Below are positions 13,252-26,754 of a DNA stretch of 63,252 nt, piece by piece; the first letter of the stretch is position 1; each line of letters starts with the position of its first letter. The notes beneath the pieces are model-generated. The model was not told the DNA's origin, made no database searches, and worked only from the letters and a program-made list of their open reading frames with translations. The position numbers were made by a program, and so were the translations under genes. Where the stretch lies: the NCBI RefSeq assembly GCF_002571385.2, contig NW_019218306.1, positions 1 through 63,252 of the forward strand. The letters run 5' to 3'. The DNA comes from Stylophora pistillata. Its lineage: Eukaryota.

Positions 13252-16200
13252 TTTTCCAACAATCCCACTTCTCGGAGATTAAACTATGACCGTTTCTGTA
13301 ATGTGTTGATCTACACTTTGATCAACCGAGATATTAGTTGACCACCTTTTCAAAAAGGCATACAGGCCGGACTTCCGCAAGCTGCTTACGGCCCTCCTTT
13401 TCCTTCTTAAATGTCTAAATTTCAATATCAATAGAAGATTACTCCACCTTTTTCCTTTGACGCAGGCACTATTTTCGCTGTTGATTTTAAAGCGAAATCG
13501 CCTCGAGACGTCGGTATTTGCCCCAGTGACAACCTAACCCTTAGCTAAGCCCAGGCGTACATTCACGTTGCTTCAATTTTTCCTTCTCTTTTTGACTTTT
13601 TTTTGTTTAGTCAATTTCTCAAGTACATCTTAGAGAGCGTCTGATATACTTTGCATGAATTGCGCTTTGAAAGAGATAAGAGCTACTTTTATTAAATGAA
13701 TACTTCACACTGCATGATATTGGCAGAGGTCGAGTAAACAGTGTCACACGCGAAAAGACAGAAATATGAATCCCTATGTACTCCTGCCTCATCTGCCAAA
13801 AAATAACCAGACTTCGTTTACTAATTACCAATTGCAAGAAAACTCTATATCATTAAGACCTTCCACTGCTCCTGTTACGATCTTTAACTCCTAGGAAATA
13901 TCTTTACGCGTTTATCGCGCTACAAGGATGTCGTAAGCAGTCAGCCATGAAGAAAACTAATGATCGGAGGGTTTAAATAAGTTTTGTGAAAATTTAATCA
14001 ATAAAGCTTTTTATGCAATGTATGCACAGTAATTTTCAAATCATTGTCAGTTAGTAAATACTTAAGATCCAGTAGATTTGATCTATTTCAGAGTGTCTGC
14101 GGCAATTAATTTCGGCGAAGCTCAAAACAAGCCTGACGTTTAATTAGAGCGACGACGGTCTTTTTTTTCAAGTATCTACATCCTACGGCTGTCATACTTC
14201 GTCCCAAAAGAAGAGACTTTCTGTTCTCTCTACCCAAGTAAGAATGCACGCATTTTATGTAAATTAAAACAAAAACCAGACCGTGTTCAACTTGTCAATT
14301 GAAAATATTTGAGGTTAAAATGTGTCCGTGCATGAAATGAAGTTAAGGTTATTTGCGGCATAATATATGGAAATCAGGAAAGCGATATTGTTTAAGAGCA
14401 GGGCCGCTCCTTTCAGACTATTTTACAACTCGCGTGGCTTGTATTTTAAAACTTGAAAATACTTAATAAGTTTCCGTTTTATAGCACGTAGGTAGCCAAA
14501 AAGCGACGTAAAACCTTTTTCGGATTCCGATGATGCATTTCACGACTCCAACCTCGAGCTCATTGCCTGTTCATTACCCGACGATATTTAAACTATGTTC
14601 GATTTTCAGTAAATTGACTGTTAAAAGTTACGTTAAGCTGATTGCGCCTAAAGTCGAAGTCAGAATTGTGCTCTTTCTTTTTTTTTTTTTTTTTTTATAA
14701 AGATGCTTATGATGGCATCCGACCATCTCGGCGGAGCCAAGTAAAAACAATCTCAGTCGGTCATCTCCGAAAAATGTTAAGAGTTGCAACAGACACTAAA
14801 AGTTAAAATTAGGCGGTTGTTTTTCAAAGTCAGCACTGTCTCTTTGGTAACGTTTTCCAATTGTCCTTTTTTATTAGAGCAGAACTACAAGTATTATCGC
14901 TAAAATCAAATTATCCATCCGCGCTAGTGAAGAGTTTATTCCTTTTTTCGTTACCGGTCTATGTTCATTACCAATAACACTCCACACCAACTTGTCACAA
15001 AGGGAGAAAATTTGGCTTTAAAATATTGTATGTAGCAGTAAAATGTCCTCTGCTCGGTTAGCGCCAGCGGTGAGGACATTCGCGTGGTAGAACGTTTGTT
15101 TAAGTCAAAAACGGATTACAAAGCACTAAGCTACTCTATACAGAGATATGTTTATTCATCACCTTTGTTTTAGTTTTAAGGAAGGACATGTAATTAGACA
15201 ACTTTACAGGAGATACATGTCATGATAGTAATTTTTTTAATATAGTAGTGCCGTAATCTGTTGTATTATATGCAAAGCCTAAAAGCATACAACTCCTTAG
15301 CCATTATTGACACTCATAAAGGTCACTCAAGTTGTTTTGGAACAACTTTTAAAAATAACAGCATCACAGAAATCAAAAAGATTTCATTCGAATCTTTCAC
15401 GAGACAACTTGAAGTTGGCCATAGTAATGAACTCGGATTGCCCACAAAGATGAAGATTGTGTTCAGATGCTGCAAGCTTACCAAGAACAACAAATCTCGG
15501 ATCAATATCAATAGCCGGGTCAAGGATTAATCCTTTCCTTATTACGGTTAAGATAAAGAATTTGAAACTGACAGTAGCACTAAAATGTAATACGGAGGCT
15601 CATTATGACAGCAGCTTCACCACGAACAAACACACCACCATAACAAGCAAGATAATCAGCAAGAATAAACGGGCAGGTTTGAAATAATTGTTGAAGCCTT
15701 TTCCTACTCCACCTGCATGGAATGCATCTTCTAAATGTATGGATTGAAACTAAAACACTAATTACCAAGCTAATAAACTAAACCAACGAAATCAACTTAT
15801 CTGTAAAGCCTATTATCAAAAACTCATTTTTCTTGGTCTAGTTTTTTTTCCTGAAAGGAGGACCTCATTGAAGACATGAAGTGCCGTTATTCAATGAGGG
15901 TCTCTTATTGTTCTGTTTATATTGTAGTACTAATATGAGGGTTTACTAATATGATACTAATATGATGTTTATTCAAACCTTTTGCAGAGAACTGAATCAC
16001 AGGTTTGTTACAATAAGATGTTGTTAAGGTTGAGAACAGACGTCGGCATTTTCTCAGGCGCCTCTGAAAGCCGCTTCAGTCCATATCGATCTCACCTTCC
16101 CACCCATCCCACCCCAGGGGAGGACATCCATCACACAGTAATCTCGTGTGTGGGAAATTAACGTCTCCTACCCCAACCCTGCAGGAGACGGGACCTCCAT

Positions 16201-16958
16201 TTAGTATAAAGTACTTAGTACTTTATTTATTAGTACTTAGTATAAAGCATGGGTTATGCTGGATGCAAAGTTGTGGCCAAACATTTATTATGCGAGGGTA
16301 GACCTACTTGGGTAAAGGTCCAATTCAGAGCAAAACAGCATTAAGTAATATACGACAGACTGTACAGTCAGTTTTGATCAAATCAGTGATCCTTGTATAA
16401 TTACACTGTCGGAACAGGACAAATTAAAGTACCAATTAATGCAAACAGTTATTCAACTGTTTAAACATTTATTATGCCGGCATTAGTGTTTCCTTTGTAC
16501 AAGTAATTACAACATTTCGACAGAAATTTGAAATATATAAGCACGAGAATTGGTTGATGTACTGCACGAGAAAAATCATGTAATTACTCATCAATAACAT
16601 ACAGGAGAGAATTTTGTGATACCTTTTCACAATTATGCAGAAGCAAAGCGCACAAATCACGAGCAAAAATTATTCATTTGAATTCTGCAAATGTCACTGT
16701 GCGTTCGGTCAAAGAAGCCCTGTTTAATGAAAAAAATTTATATTTTTTTTTTGCTTCGTTTTGTTTTCCTCTTTGTTTTCAGTTTCTAAACCTGTCTGAA
16801 CAATTTGTCACCTTATTCAGCACTGAATTAACACTTTTTTGTACTGCATTACCTACAAACTGTATTGCACTCAGCCAATCGGAACGAAGAAATTTCTCAA
16901 GTTTGTTATTGACATCACTGTAACTTACCAACATAATTATATAGCAGCTGTGTATCTA

Positions 16959-18746
16959 ATGACACCACAGTCGAGAGTCTTTTTGTCGTCATTTTTCCGA
17001 CTTAAGATCGAAAATGGAGGAGGAAATTTAGTACCATTACATACGGATTTGGAAAACAGAAGCCGAGGGGTTGTAGCGTTCGAGTCTTGTTTTATACTGC
17101 TGATTATTCTGGCAGCTTTCCTCGGTAACCTTGTCTTGATTTTGGCGATATTTAGAAATCCAGGTCTTCGAACTGTGACAAACATGTTTTTGGTTTGTTT
17201 GTCTGTGGCTGATATACTCACAGCATCATTGGTTATGCCATTCACAGCTTCTATCTTCAAACACAGTGACTGGATATTCAGTGACGCGGTTTGTATATCC
17301 CATGGAATTTTCGCAATTTGCCCTTTGTGGATCTCACTTCATATGGTGACTCTGATGGCTGTTAATCGGTATTTCTGTGTTATTAAACCAGGACTTTATC
17401 GGAAATTGTTCACCAAAAGGTTTACCATCGCATTGATTTGTGCAGTTATCTTTGCGCCCTTGATTCTGACCATTTCACCACTTTTCTGTGGCTTATTTAC
17501 TTACATCTTTCGCCCACGAAAAGCTTCTTGCTTCTTGACCTTTGATCCGGATAAAAGAATTGAAAACAAGGTCTATATTCTTTCCTTGCAGTTCGTTTAC
17601 ACAATCCTGCCCATGGTTCTTATCACTGTATGCTATTACAAAGTTTTCCGCATGGTGAAAGAGCATGTAATGGCCGCGAGAAACACTATCCGTTCGCAGC
17701 AGTCTAGGAGTTTGAGCTCAGAAGAGCTTCGAATGACAAAAATGCTTCTTGTCATCGTCGTTACGTTCGTAATCTGCTGGCCTCCTGTTATAACAGTGGA
17801 TTTCATAAATGCAGTACTGGGTACAGGCAGCCTTCGACGAGGAGCCTATGTAGCCTACACCTCATTTGTATATCTCAGTAGTTGGACTGTTGCAAACGGC
17901 ATGCATTGTAACACTAGTAAGTGTAAGGAGCTAGTTATGAGTAAGAAAGGCAATTCAACAGTCTACCCAATGTCTCACAATATCAAACAATATAATAACA
18001 TTTCTTTATTGGGCGTCACATTTCAAGGTAATTGTAAGTTCAGCATGCATGTCAAGGCCAAGCTCCATGAAGCCAACACGTATTTATTTGTCAGCAGAAG
18101 CCTACGTCAAGGAGGATATACACAAGATGAAATAGACCACCTCTTTAATTCAATTGTGATCCCTAAGTTATTATACGGTATTTCAGTTTATGCTGCAAGT
18201 GTTTCCAAACTTACTGTTATACAAAGGTTTTTAAAAAGATGCTATAAGAGGCGCTATACGTCGGTCAATTTCAACATATATGAACTTTTGGAGAAAAGCG
18301 ACAGACACCTTTTTTATAACCTCAAGCATGATGACCATCCATTAAAAAGCCTTCTTCCAAGGTACAAAGACTATATTGTAAACACTCGAAGGAAATCCAT
18401 TGTCAGGCCCAACATTAACACTGAACGTTTTAAACATAGCTTTTTTTAATAGATTAATTTTTAAATATAGTCTAGCTGTGTAAACACCCCATATGTATTT
18501 CTGATCATTTTTATTCGATTTAATCATTGTAATTTTTCCCATCAATATATATTTTTACTGTAACATGAGATATGCAATTTTATCGGATAGTTTTTTAATA
18601 AAGACGAATTTATTTATTTATATTATTTATTTAGTAGTTGTATCAACCCGATAGTTTGTTTAACACTTACTCGCAGGACTCGCAGAGAGGCAAAGAAAAT
18701 TCCCTCTTTAAAAAGAACTTGGCAGGTAGCAGATGTCGAGCTGTAA
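16959..18746 (+). pseudogene. Melatonin-receptor-like GPCR interrupted in TM7 by a LINE 3' fragment
   Basis: TM1-TM7 (GNLVL, LSVAD, NRY, CWPP) run to 17884. The native end CINPIVCLTLTRRTRREAKKIPSLKRTWQVADVEL* resumes after 18640 and stops at 18744-18746. The ORF-track start at 16839 lies in repeat-like DNA; the start codon used here is tentative. Confidence 0.88.
17885..18632 (+). mobile_element. 5'-truncated non-LTR retrotransposon (CR1/L2/Rex-group-like ORF2 C-terminus + 3' UTR)
   Basis: Post-RT peptide CNTSKCKEL...LLGVTF...IVIPKLLYG...TERFKHSFF, AATAAA and an (ATTT)n tail. 8-bp TSD AGTAGTTG at 17877-17884 and 18633-18640. Confidence 0.9.
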
Positions 18747-19687
18747 ATCGATATCTGTTACGTCATTATCTTTTTCCTTTTTCCTTTTTTTCTTTTCAAC
18801 CCTTGAAGGACTCAGACCTGCACGAACGGAAACCAACCTCGATGAAGCACAAAGCAGCTCGTAGGAAATATCCCTCGTCCTATGAAAAATGGATTAAATT
18901 AACTGTTTTCCGCTCAGGATTATTATTAATAGAAAATTGTCGCTGAGTGAGACTTGATTTTCCAATGGAAAGCAAATTAAAACTATTGTATGAGATCAGA
19001 CATGCAACAATCTTTAATTAACATAAATCTCAATTTCTTTTGTAGCTTATTTTTCTTTTAGTCATGTTCTTTCTATAACGCTTTTAGAACATTAGTTTGA
19101 ACGATTTAGCTAGAAAACTACGACTTGCGATACCTAAGAACGAGGATTTTAACTTTCGTGGAAAAGAACAATACCAGGGAAGAGAATTTAATATAATTTA
19201 GACGATAATTATGCTGGAGCGTAAAAACACAATTTCGAAGTGGGTCCCAAAACATCTAGGTGAAACAAAATTAAAATGAGACGACAGTTTAAACTAAACC
19301 GAAATATTGCTCAAATGATGAGGTTCAGCCAGCTGTAATACACTCCAAATCGGGAACTTACCTGTACGTATCATTTCGGAAATGATTCCGTGGTCAAGTT
19401 GCTTTCAATTTAAGGGTTTTAAACTAATTTAGAAGCGATGGTGAAGCTGAAAACTTTTCAGGGTGACCCCTTTCTCAACAACATCACTGCAGTTTCCGCC
19501 GTAAAATTCGCTTTTCCGGATAAAACTAGGTAAACAATCTTCTAAATCTTAGCCCAACCGAGAAAATGAAGAGGGTATAGAAGTAAATAGACTTGATATG
19601 GAGCAACATTCACTTGGAAGGGTTCTAATTGCATCGTCCTCATCAAGCATTTACAGGAGCTCAAAAGACAGTCAATACCTAAGTTAG

Positions 19688-19785
19688 AATAATTTGGATA
19701 TATCAACAAAGTTGAAATGGTAAATTGGCCACCGTAACGATTACAAAAGCTGACGTTTCGAGCGTTAGCCCTTCGTCGGAGCGAA
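19688..19785 (-). mobile_element. Short Penelope-type non-autonomous element with hammerhead motif (core variant CCGACGA)
   Basis: Minus strand 19782-19749 reads GCU CCGACGA A GGGC UAAC GCUC GAAAC GUC AGC. Imperfect flanking repeats TACCTAAGTTAG (19676-19687) and TACCCAACTTAG (19786-19797). Confidence 0.75.
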
Positions 19786-20410
19786 TACCCAACTTAGCCT
19801 TGTTATTGAGTTACTCTTAACGAGGTCGTCAGGAGTGCTTGAGGGTAACTCCGATTCTATGCCAAAAATGGATCGAATGCGACGGTCTCTAAGAGGTAGG
19901 AATCTTCGTTTGTCTTATATAACTTAGCCCTGGCCCACAGCGTTATACTTTTGTTTTCCGACTAAGAGTCATTTCCATTTACTTTATAGGGTTAATGATT
20001 CTTTGAAAAATATTAAATTTATGTTAAAACGCATTATGTCATTTCCATTTTGAAATGTATTGATTTATGTTACTGGAGAAAGCTATTAACAAAGTTGATC
20101 GAGGTCTGGTCTAAAAGTTCAAAAGCCTTTGTTTGATATCTTTAAACACGTTACAACCTCAGTGCTTGTATACTGAGAGTCATTAGCATCGGCCGAAACT
20201 GGAATATAAACAGATGAAAATATGATGGCATAAACAGTATTTGAAATGACACAAAACATTTATTGTTAAATGTTTTCTTTATTGACACGTTGAAATTGTA
20301 CGCTGATGTTTTCATAAAACTCAATTTTCCTAGCGATAAAAACCAGCTTGAAGATAATACATTGCAATTAGTTTCAAAATGCTGCTTTTCCAGTTCATGA
20401 ATAATATTCC

Positions 20411-21451
20411 CTAAATAAGATTTTCGTCTATTTTATCACTGTTTTCTTCTGTCAGAACAGAATTCCTTGTAGTGATTGAGTTCCCAAATTTGTCGTTATC
20501 TTGTTTTTTACCACAAAAAAATCGCTTAAAAGCTCGTCTATAGTCCGATTTGTAAAATGAATAAATTAAAGGGTCGGCTAAAGCATTTCCAACAAGTGAA
20601 AAAAGGGAGACGTGGAGAAATGCAATTGGAATTATGTGGGAATACCCTAATGCGGAAAACACGTTGATAATTATCAAAGGTAGCCAACAAACTGCAAAGG
20701 TTCCTCCTACAAGAGCAAAAACTTTGGCTGCTTTCACTTCAGTGGAAATGGTAATTGACCGTCTCTTTCGCATTGATCGCCCTGATTGTCTGTCGGGCGG
20801 GACTTTGTGTTCAAACCGTGCGTTTGTTTCGTGCATTTCAATCATTTGTTTTACTTGACGTCGCGTGGCACCAAAAATCCTTCCATACGCCCAGCAGATA
20901 AACCCTGAACACAGGGTGACCAGAGCAACCAAGACTCCTTGGTAAATACGTCCTGCCAGTAATTTAACACCGTTCCGATACTCCCAGAAAATTGGTATGA
21001 TCGCCAATAATAAAGGTATGGTCCACACCAAGGCCAAGATTTTGTAAACGATCGCACGTGTTATCACTGACCTGTACATGAGGGGGTTGAGAACGGCTTG
21101 GTACCTGTCCCAAGTTATGCCACAGAAATTAAAAAGATATGCAAACAGTATGTAGGCAATAATATAGGGACTGACTGCCAGACCAGCTAGATATGTCGGG
21201 AGGAAGACGGTGGCCACCATGAGATCGCTTATCGCCAGGCTGACAATGAAAGTATTTGTTATCGTTCGAAGGGTACGAAACCGGCAGAAAAGTATACAAA
21301 CAAGGCCATTTGAAACCAACACAGCGAAGCCTATTACTGTCAGAGGGACGCTGTAATCCAAGCCGAGTTCAGGCGAATCTTCACCGGTTTTGTTGGCCTC
21401 CTTCTTAAAGGTACCAGTCAAATTTCTTTCACATGACTGATTTTTCTCCAT
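20411..21451 (-). CDS. Intronless orphan class A GPCR (amine/adenosine-receptor-like)
   Basis: 7TM with SN (TM1), LAISD, DRY, CWLP and DPLIY, and N-glycosylation sequons in the N-terminus. First ATG is at 21451. Confidence 0.92.
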   Translation of the reverse strand: MEKNQSCERNLTGTFKKEANKTGEDSPELGLDYSVPLTVIGFAVLVSNGLVCILFCRFRTLRTITNTFIVSLAISDLMVATVFLPTYLAGLAVSPYIIAYILFAYLFNFCGITWDRYQAVLNPLMYRSVITRAIVYKILALVWTIPLLLAIIPIFWEYRNGVKLLAGRIYQGVLVALVTLCSGFICWAYGRIFGATRRQVKQMIEMHETNARFEHKVPPDRQSGRSMRKRRSITISTEVKAAKVFALVGGTFAVCWLPLIIINVFSALGYSHIIPIAFLHVSLFSLVGNALADPLIYSFYKSDYRRAFKRFFCGKKQDNDKFGNSITTRNSVLTEENSDKIDENLI

Positions 21452-24400
21452 TAGTTCCACTATTCCAGCCACGTTAACGAGATTTATCTTGAACTAATCT
21501 CCTGTATAGCGAGAGTTTTGATCTGATCAAACACAGAGGTAGCTATAAATTATATTATTGTGCTTGTTCGATGCTGTGGTCTTGAAGTGCTGTAGAGCGC
21601 AAGATTTTTCGCGATGACTGTTTAGACTCGTGTCAAGTTCGTGTCTGAACTAAGTGAAAACAAATATTCCCCTTCATCTTTATCAGGAAAACACGTTTTG
21701 TACTGTAAACATGCTTTAATTTTGTTTCAAAGTATATGTTAATTTGTGGCGCAAGCCTTTCGTTAATTAAAGCTTATTTCAATTTCATCCAATAGTAATG
21801 TCCATTTACAGAGCAGCCTTTGACGCGTTGCTATTTTCTTTTGTCCTATTCTTCTTTCATTTTCAACAGCTGGAAGACATTGCCCTCAAAATGTTTCCTT
21901 TCCTTTTATTATCACAGAAACAACCATCAATACAAAACGCGTTTTCAGCAGATAAATACGAGTTTCTATTTTGCCAGGCCGTGTCAAATCAGTAAGCATC
22001 ACGCTGTGCGCAGTTACCGAGGTGTAATACATCTGCGATAGATTTTGTTTTCTGCATCAACTGGCCTTAAAAAGAAAATAAATTCAATTTGGACATTGCT
22101 AATACAAATAGATGGGTCGAATGATGATAGTCAGTGATCATCCTTTTATCTCCTGCTTCATCTGAGTCGATTGATGATAACTATGACAACTAAATACTCT
22201 GGGAGTTTCTTTCAATGCCGGTGTGCTTGTAAGTTGAATAATATAGCTTTTTCATTGCGGCTTTTATCGCTCGCTATTAATACATTACATTATGAATAAA
22301 TGAATTTAAAGATCAAGCAAAGAGCCGTCATGATAAGAAATAGTACGTAAAATTTACGTTTGCGTTGAAAACCAAACATCTTTACACTATTGGGGACAAA
22401 ATAAAAACAAACAGAGAAAATTACCAAAAATGATTAATCACACCAAATACTTAATAACAATTTCCTTTCATAAGGCAAAAAAGGAATGATCGTATTTCAA
22501 ATTTCGAAAAAAAGCTTTGCTACTGATAAATATGTGATACAATTTTGGACTCAGTAAAAGCTCAAATCCTTTACTTAAAATGAACCTCGTAGAGTGAGTG
22601 CGTGAGTGGAATCACTAAGTTAAGGCTTTGAGATCGTATGATATTATTTAAATCCATTAGAACCATGCGGATTCTAAATTCGACCAGTGTATACTCCCTA
22701 ATGAAGCAAACGAGCCGAATACTTGATCTTTAATGCCATTCATTAGTTTAAAAAAGCATACAAGTCATTAGCAAGAAATAGCGATTATTGTACCAGTGAG
22801 TATTTAGCAGACAACAGCATTTTCTTCCCCTTTTATTTGCAGCTTGTGAGTCAAAAACTATTTCAGTAAAATGTCTTAACTGCTCTTTTATTGAAAAAGA
22901 AATAACAAATAATGAATTTGAAGCGGAAGATAACGCTAATCGTGTTTTTAATCTGCAATTTGGCTGTAGGTTTTACGCATAGTGCATTAGGGACCTACTG
23001 TAAAACCATCATGACTCCAACGAACCAGATATTATCTATTTTTCCTGTTCTAAAATTGATGAATACGCGGATAATTCAATAAGCAAAACAATATTTCTAA
23101 TCATGGTCCTAAATACTTCTGCCAAAAAGGACCACTAATTAATTTTCAGTTTTTCAGTTTTACAGGTAAAAACTTAAAAATTAAAAAAAATTAAAGATTG
23201 AAAATATTTTAGGTATCACGAATAACTGGCGCTGAATTGGATATAGGATTTCGTTTTTCAAGGATAAGGCCTTATCCGGCATGGGGGGTCAATATTTGTC
23301 TTAAAAAACAAACAAGGAACAGCCTTCGGTATAAATTATTTTCCAAAAATTGTCTCAGCCTAGTAAGAGTTTCTGTTTGAAATCTTTTAATCCTTTTTGG
23401 AATCCTCAATTGCTTTCCTTCTCTGGGACTTGAGTTTGATCTGGAAATAGCTTGGATCTATTTGAAGATCAAGATTTATTTCAGTGAGCGTTCCAAGTAG
23501 CTAACAAAAATGGAATAATGATGATAATGAGCCTGGGTATTTTTAACTCAATCATGAGGCTCCTTCTGACTTTGGAAATTCAGATCTTTTGTCTTTATTC
23601 CGTATGATTATGAAAGCTGCCATGAATCGTTCAAGGTATTTGTGGATGTTTGATGACCTTCCCATTCAATAAGACATTTATTCTGACGGGGAATCATTCT
23701 TAAGCTGTAAATGAAATAATTTTGTCAAAAATCGGCCATTTTACACGTACGCTGTGAAAACTTATTCCTTTTTTCGTAAGCAATAGAGGCTCCGTTTGAA
23801 ATGCAGAAAAGTAACATCGCTAAAATTGAAACCTTAAATCGTGTAAAATTAATTGAATATATTTAATGTACTCCTTAACTCTTGCACTTGCCAGAATATA
23901 CCATCAAGAACCTACATGATTTTCTTTCTTAGTGAAAATCTTTTCTTTTCACAAATCTCTCAGCTCAGTTGCAATGCTGTTCACGGTCTTTACGCTCTTT
24001 CATTCCTTCCGATGTATCTGAAGGTGTTTTATAAGTTGGTACTCAAAGATAACGAGACGGTTTCCAATTTATTCGCAGTATTAGCAAGTGAGCCCTTTTC
24101 CGGCCGTTTCCCTTTTCCTTAGCTGATTTCCCTGGTATCTGATGATTAGGAATGTAAGCTAAGCTGTTTCATTTTGTGTGAAAAATTTGTTTCTTGGGAG
24201 CATCCAGCGACTTACAATTTTGTCAGTTGCAGCACGGATGGACGTCACTATTCGCGCATGATGACGGTCAAGCTTTAAATTCTCTTTTGGAAAAAAGGTC
24301 TTAATTTTTCGAAAATAAGTAACATCGTCATAACCGTAGTTGTCCCGGTTAGAATAAAATTTTAACTTCAATAGAACCATACTTTTGGCCTTCATTGTGC

Positions 24401-25692
24401 TTGGAGAGCATCCCATTCTTTCGAAACCTGATCGGTTCAAACTAAGAGGAAGGTAAAAGTAATGAACCCCAGCGGCAAAACAGATAGAGCAGGCGCATTC
24501 CTTGTATTGTAACTTGGTATTTAGTTAGCAGACCATTGCCGTGTCCTGTCACCGGTTTTTTCTACCTATTTGTTCAATTTTTTGTTTGCCTTTTTTGTTT
24601 TTTAAGAGTAAAATTCAATTTATAAGTTTATGCTTTTTTTCGTTTTGCTTGGAGGAGATTTTGTTTGATTTTGTTCGATTTTTTTTTATCGCGCAGGATA
24701 AAATTGTAAGGATAAAAATAAAAAAAAAGACATAGTATGCATGAATTATCTTTCGTCCGCGGGTTAGAGAAAAAACAACAAACTGAACTTTTCACATTAC
24801 TGTCATTTTTGAAAAATTTTGGTTTAATTGCATCAACATAACATTGCGGCAGCCTTCTAAAATCTACACTGAAAATACTGAAACCAATCATATTTATAAA
24901 TAATGACTAAACCTAAAAATGTACAAATGATACCTGGTGACCAGTATTTAGTATGTTCTTAATTACTAAGATTACCCTGGCAACAGATCGTTAGGATTCA
25001 ATTACGCATCATGCTTCATAAAAAACCATTAGGGTGAATAGTTCTTTACCCCTGGTTATAATTTCAGTGTACAACTTAAAATATTCATTAAGGTTGATAT
25101 CCCTCGTCAGTTAAGAATCAAGTTAGGACTGCTATTAAATATTCATAACCCCATGATGTGATGAATTCTACTCGCATTTGGATTGATCCTTATATTCAAT
25201 CTGAGCAGTTTAGAAATACATTCATCAAGCTTGCTTATCTTACTAAATTGTAAATGTCCGCCAATATTATTAACAAGTTCATGAAAGGATTTTTGCCTTT
25301 TTTGAGTTGCTAGTTTGATTTGCAAAAGCAGGAGTAAATATATAGTAGTTTGAATTCAGATCACCAGAAAGATGCAACAGAGGATATCGAGTCCTGATGC
25401 GTGGAAAATTATCCCTCATTAACTTTTGATTACCATCTATTACATAGCGGCCTTTTTGTAATTGTTTGCGACAAATATCGGTCTATTATTTAATTCAATC
25501 ATAAAAGCCATTCTTTAAAGCCATATCTCTTGTGTTATTCTGATATTAAGGTTTTAATGACATAGTGTAGGATTCATTTTGCATGGCCGGTCGATTAATC
25601 AACATGATGACAATTGAATAAATTCGTTTTTGTACATATAGTATTAAATAAGATGGATTCTTCTTTCCCCATTGATTATAAGTATTCACTGG

Positions 25693-26754
25693 CTAATCAG
25701 TGTTTTCATTAGAAGCGGCTTTAACTTGCAGCTCCACTCCATTTATACACGCTTGGTTTGGTTCATCTAACTCCTCATCTGTTTTTCCACTTGGTCTTGT
25801 TCGCTCTGAGACTGGTTCATGTTTACTCGCTGGCACACAGACATGACGGATCTCACGCCGGAAATACCTGTTCATACCAGCGTAAATGAATGGATTTATG
25901 GTGGAAGAGAAAAACACTAAGAAACTGACGAACAAAGCCACGTTTCTTGGTAGACTCTTAACGAGTTTGAAGCGAAACAGAAGAGCCAGAACCCATAACG
26001 GGATCCAACAAAATGCAAACACAATTACTACGACAAATAGGGACATGCTGATCTTCAACTCACGCCTAGAGATTTTCGCTCGAGAGAAATTGTCACTGCT
26101 GCCTTCTAACGACGGCATTACATTCTTGTTATGAAGTTTGATGGTTTGGAAAATCTTGTAATAGCAGAATGATGTAATAACAATGGGAGCCACAACAAAA
26201 ACTGGGATAACGATGCTGTAATGAACGATTTTCTGCGTTTCTTTGAGATGAGTCGTGGAGCAAACTGCGTATCCAGGAACAAATCGGATGGCCTGGTTTC
26301 CCCCGAAAACCTGTATCAAGATGTACGCGATCACAACACACCACACGGCGATGATCCAAATTTTGCTTTTTCTCAAGGAAAAAAGTCTGGGATACATTTT
26401 TGTCCTCACAATTCTCACGTATCGGTTGAAAGCCGTCAAAGTCATCAGACTAGGTGAGACATATATGTTCAGTACGACAAAAAAACCCTGAATGTTACAA
26501 TAAAAATCACCGAACCGCCAATCTCCTGTAATCAAGACCGCGGATGAGATTGGCATCACAAATATGGCTGAGCTGAGATCACCAACAGCTAAAGCAACGA
26601 TGTAAAGATTGGTAGTGGTTCGGAGACTCTTACTGCGAAACACAGTCCAACATATGAGAAAATTACCGACTAACGACACCACATTCAGAATGATCAGACT
26701 GCTGGCCTCCGCAACAATTACTCCATTTTTTCTGTCTCCAAGACTAGACGACAT
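25693..26754 (-). CDS. Single-coding-exon class A GPCR, melatonin-receptor-like; paralog of the 9734 gene
   Basis: GNFLI, LAVGD, NRY, CWIP and NPFIYAGMN; shares LRTTTNLYI, IYVSP and GYAxCS with the 9734 receptor. Confidence 0.93.
   Translation of the reverse strand: MSSSLGDRKNGVIVAEASSLIILNVVSLVGNFLICWTVFRSKSLRTTTNLYIVALAVGDLSSAIFVMPISSAVLITGDWRFGDFYCNIQGFFVVLNIYVSPSLMTLTAFNRYVRIVRTKMYPRLFSLRKSKIWIIAVWCVVIAYILIQVFGGNQAIRFVPGYAVCSTTHLKETQKIVHYSIVIPVFVVAPIVITSFCYYKIFQTIKLHNKNVMPSLEGSSDNFSRAKISRRELKISMSLFVVVIVFAFCWIPLWVLALLFRFKLVKSLPRNVALFVSFLVFFSSTINPFIYAGMNRYFRREIRHVCVPASKHEPVSERTRPSGKTDEELDEPNQACINGVELQVKAASNENTD

Noticed and set aside
16839-18449. 536-aa ORF as a normal single gene
   Set aside because: It is a composite of an upstream repeat-derived frame, the GPCR and a LINE insert bounded by a TSD.
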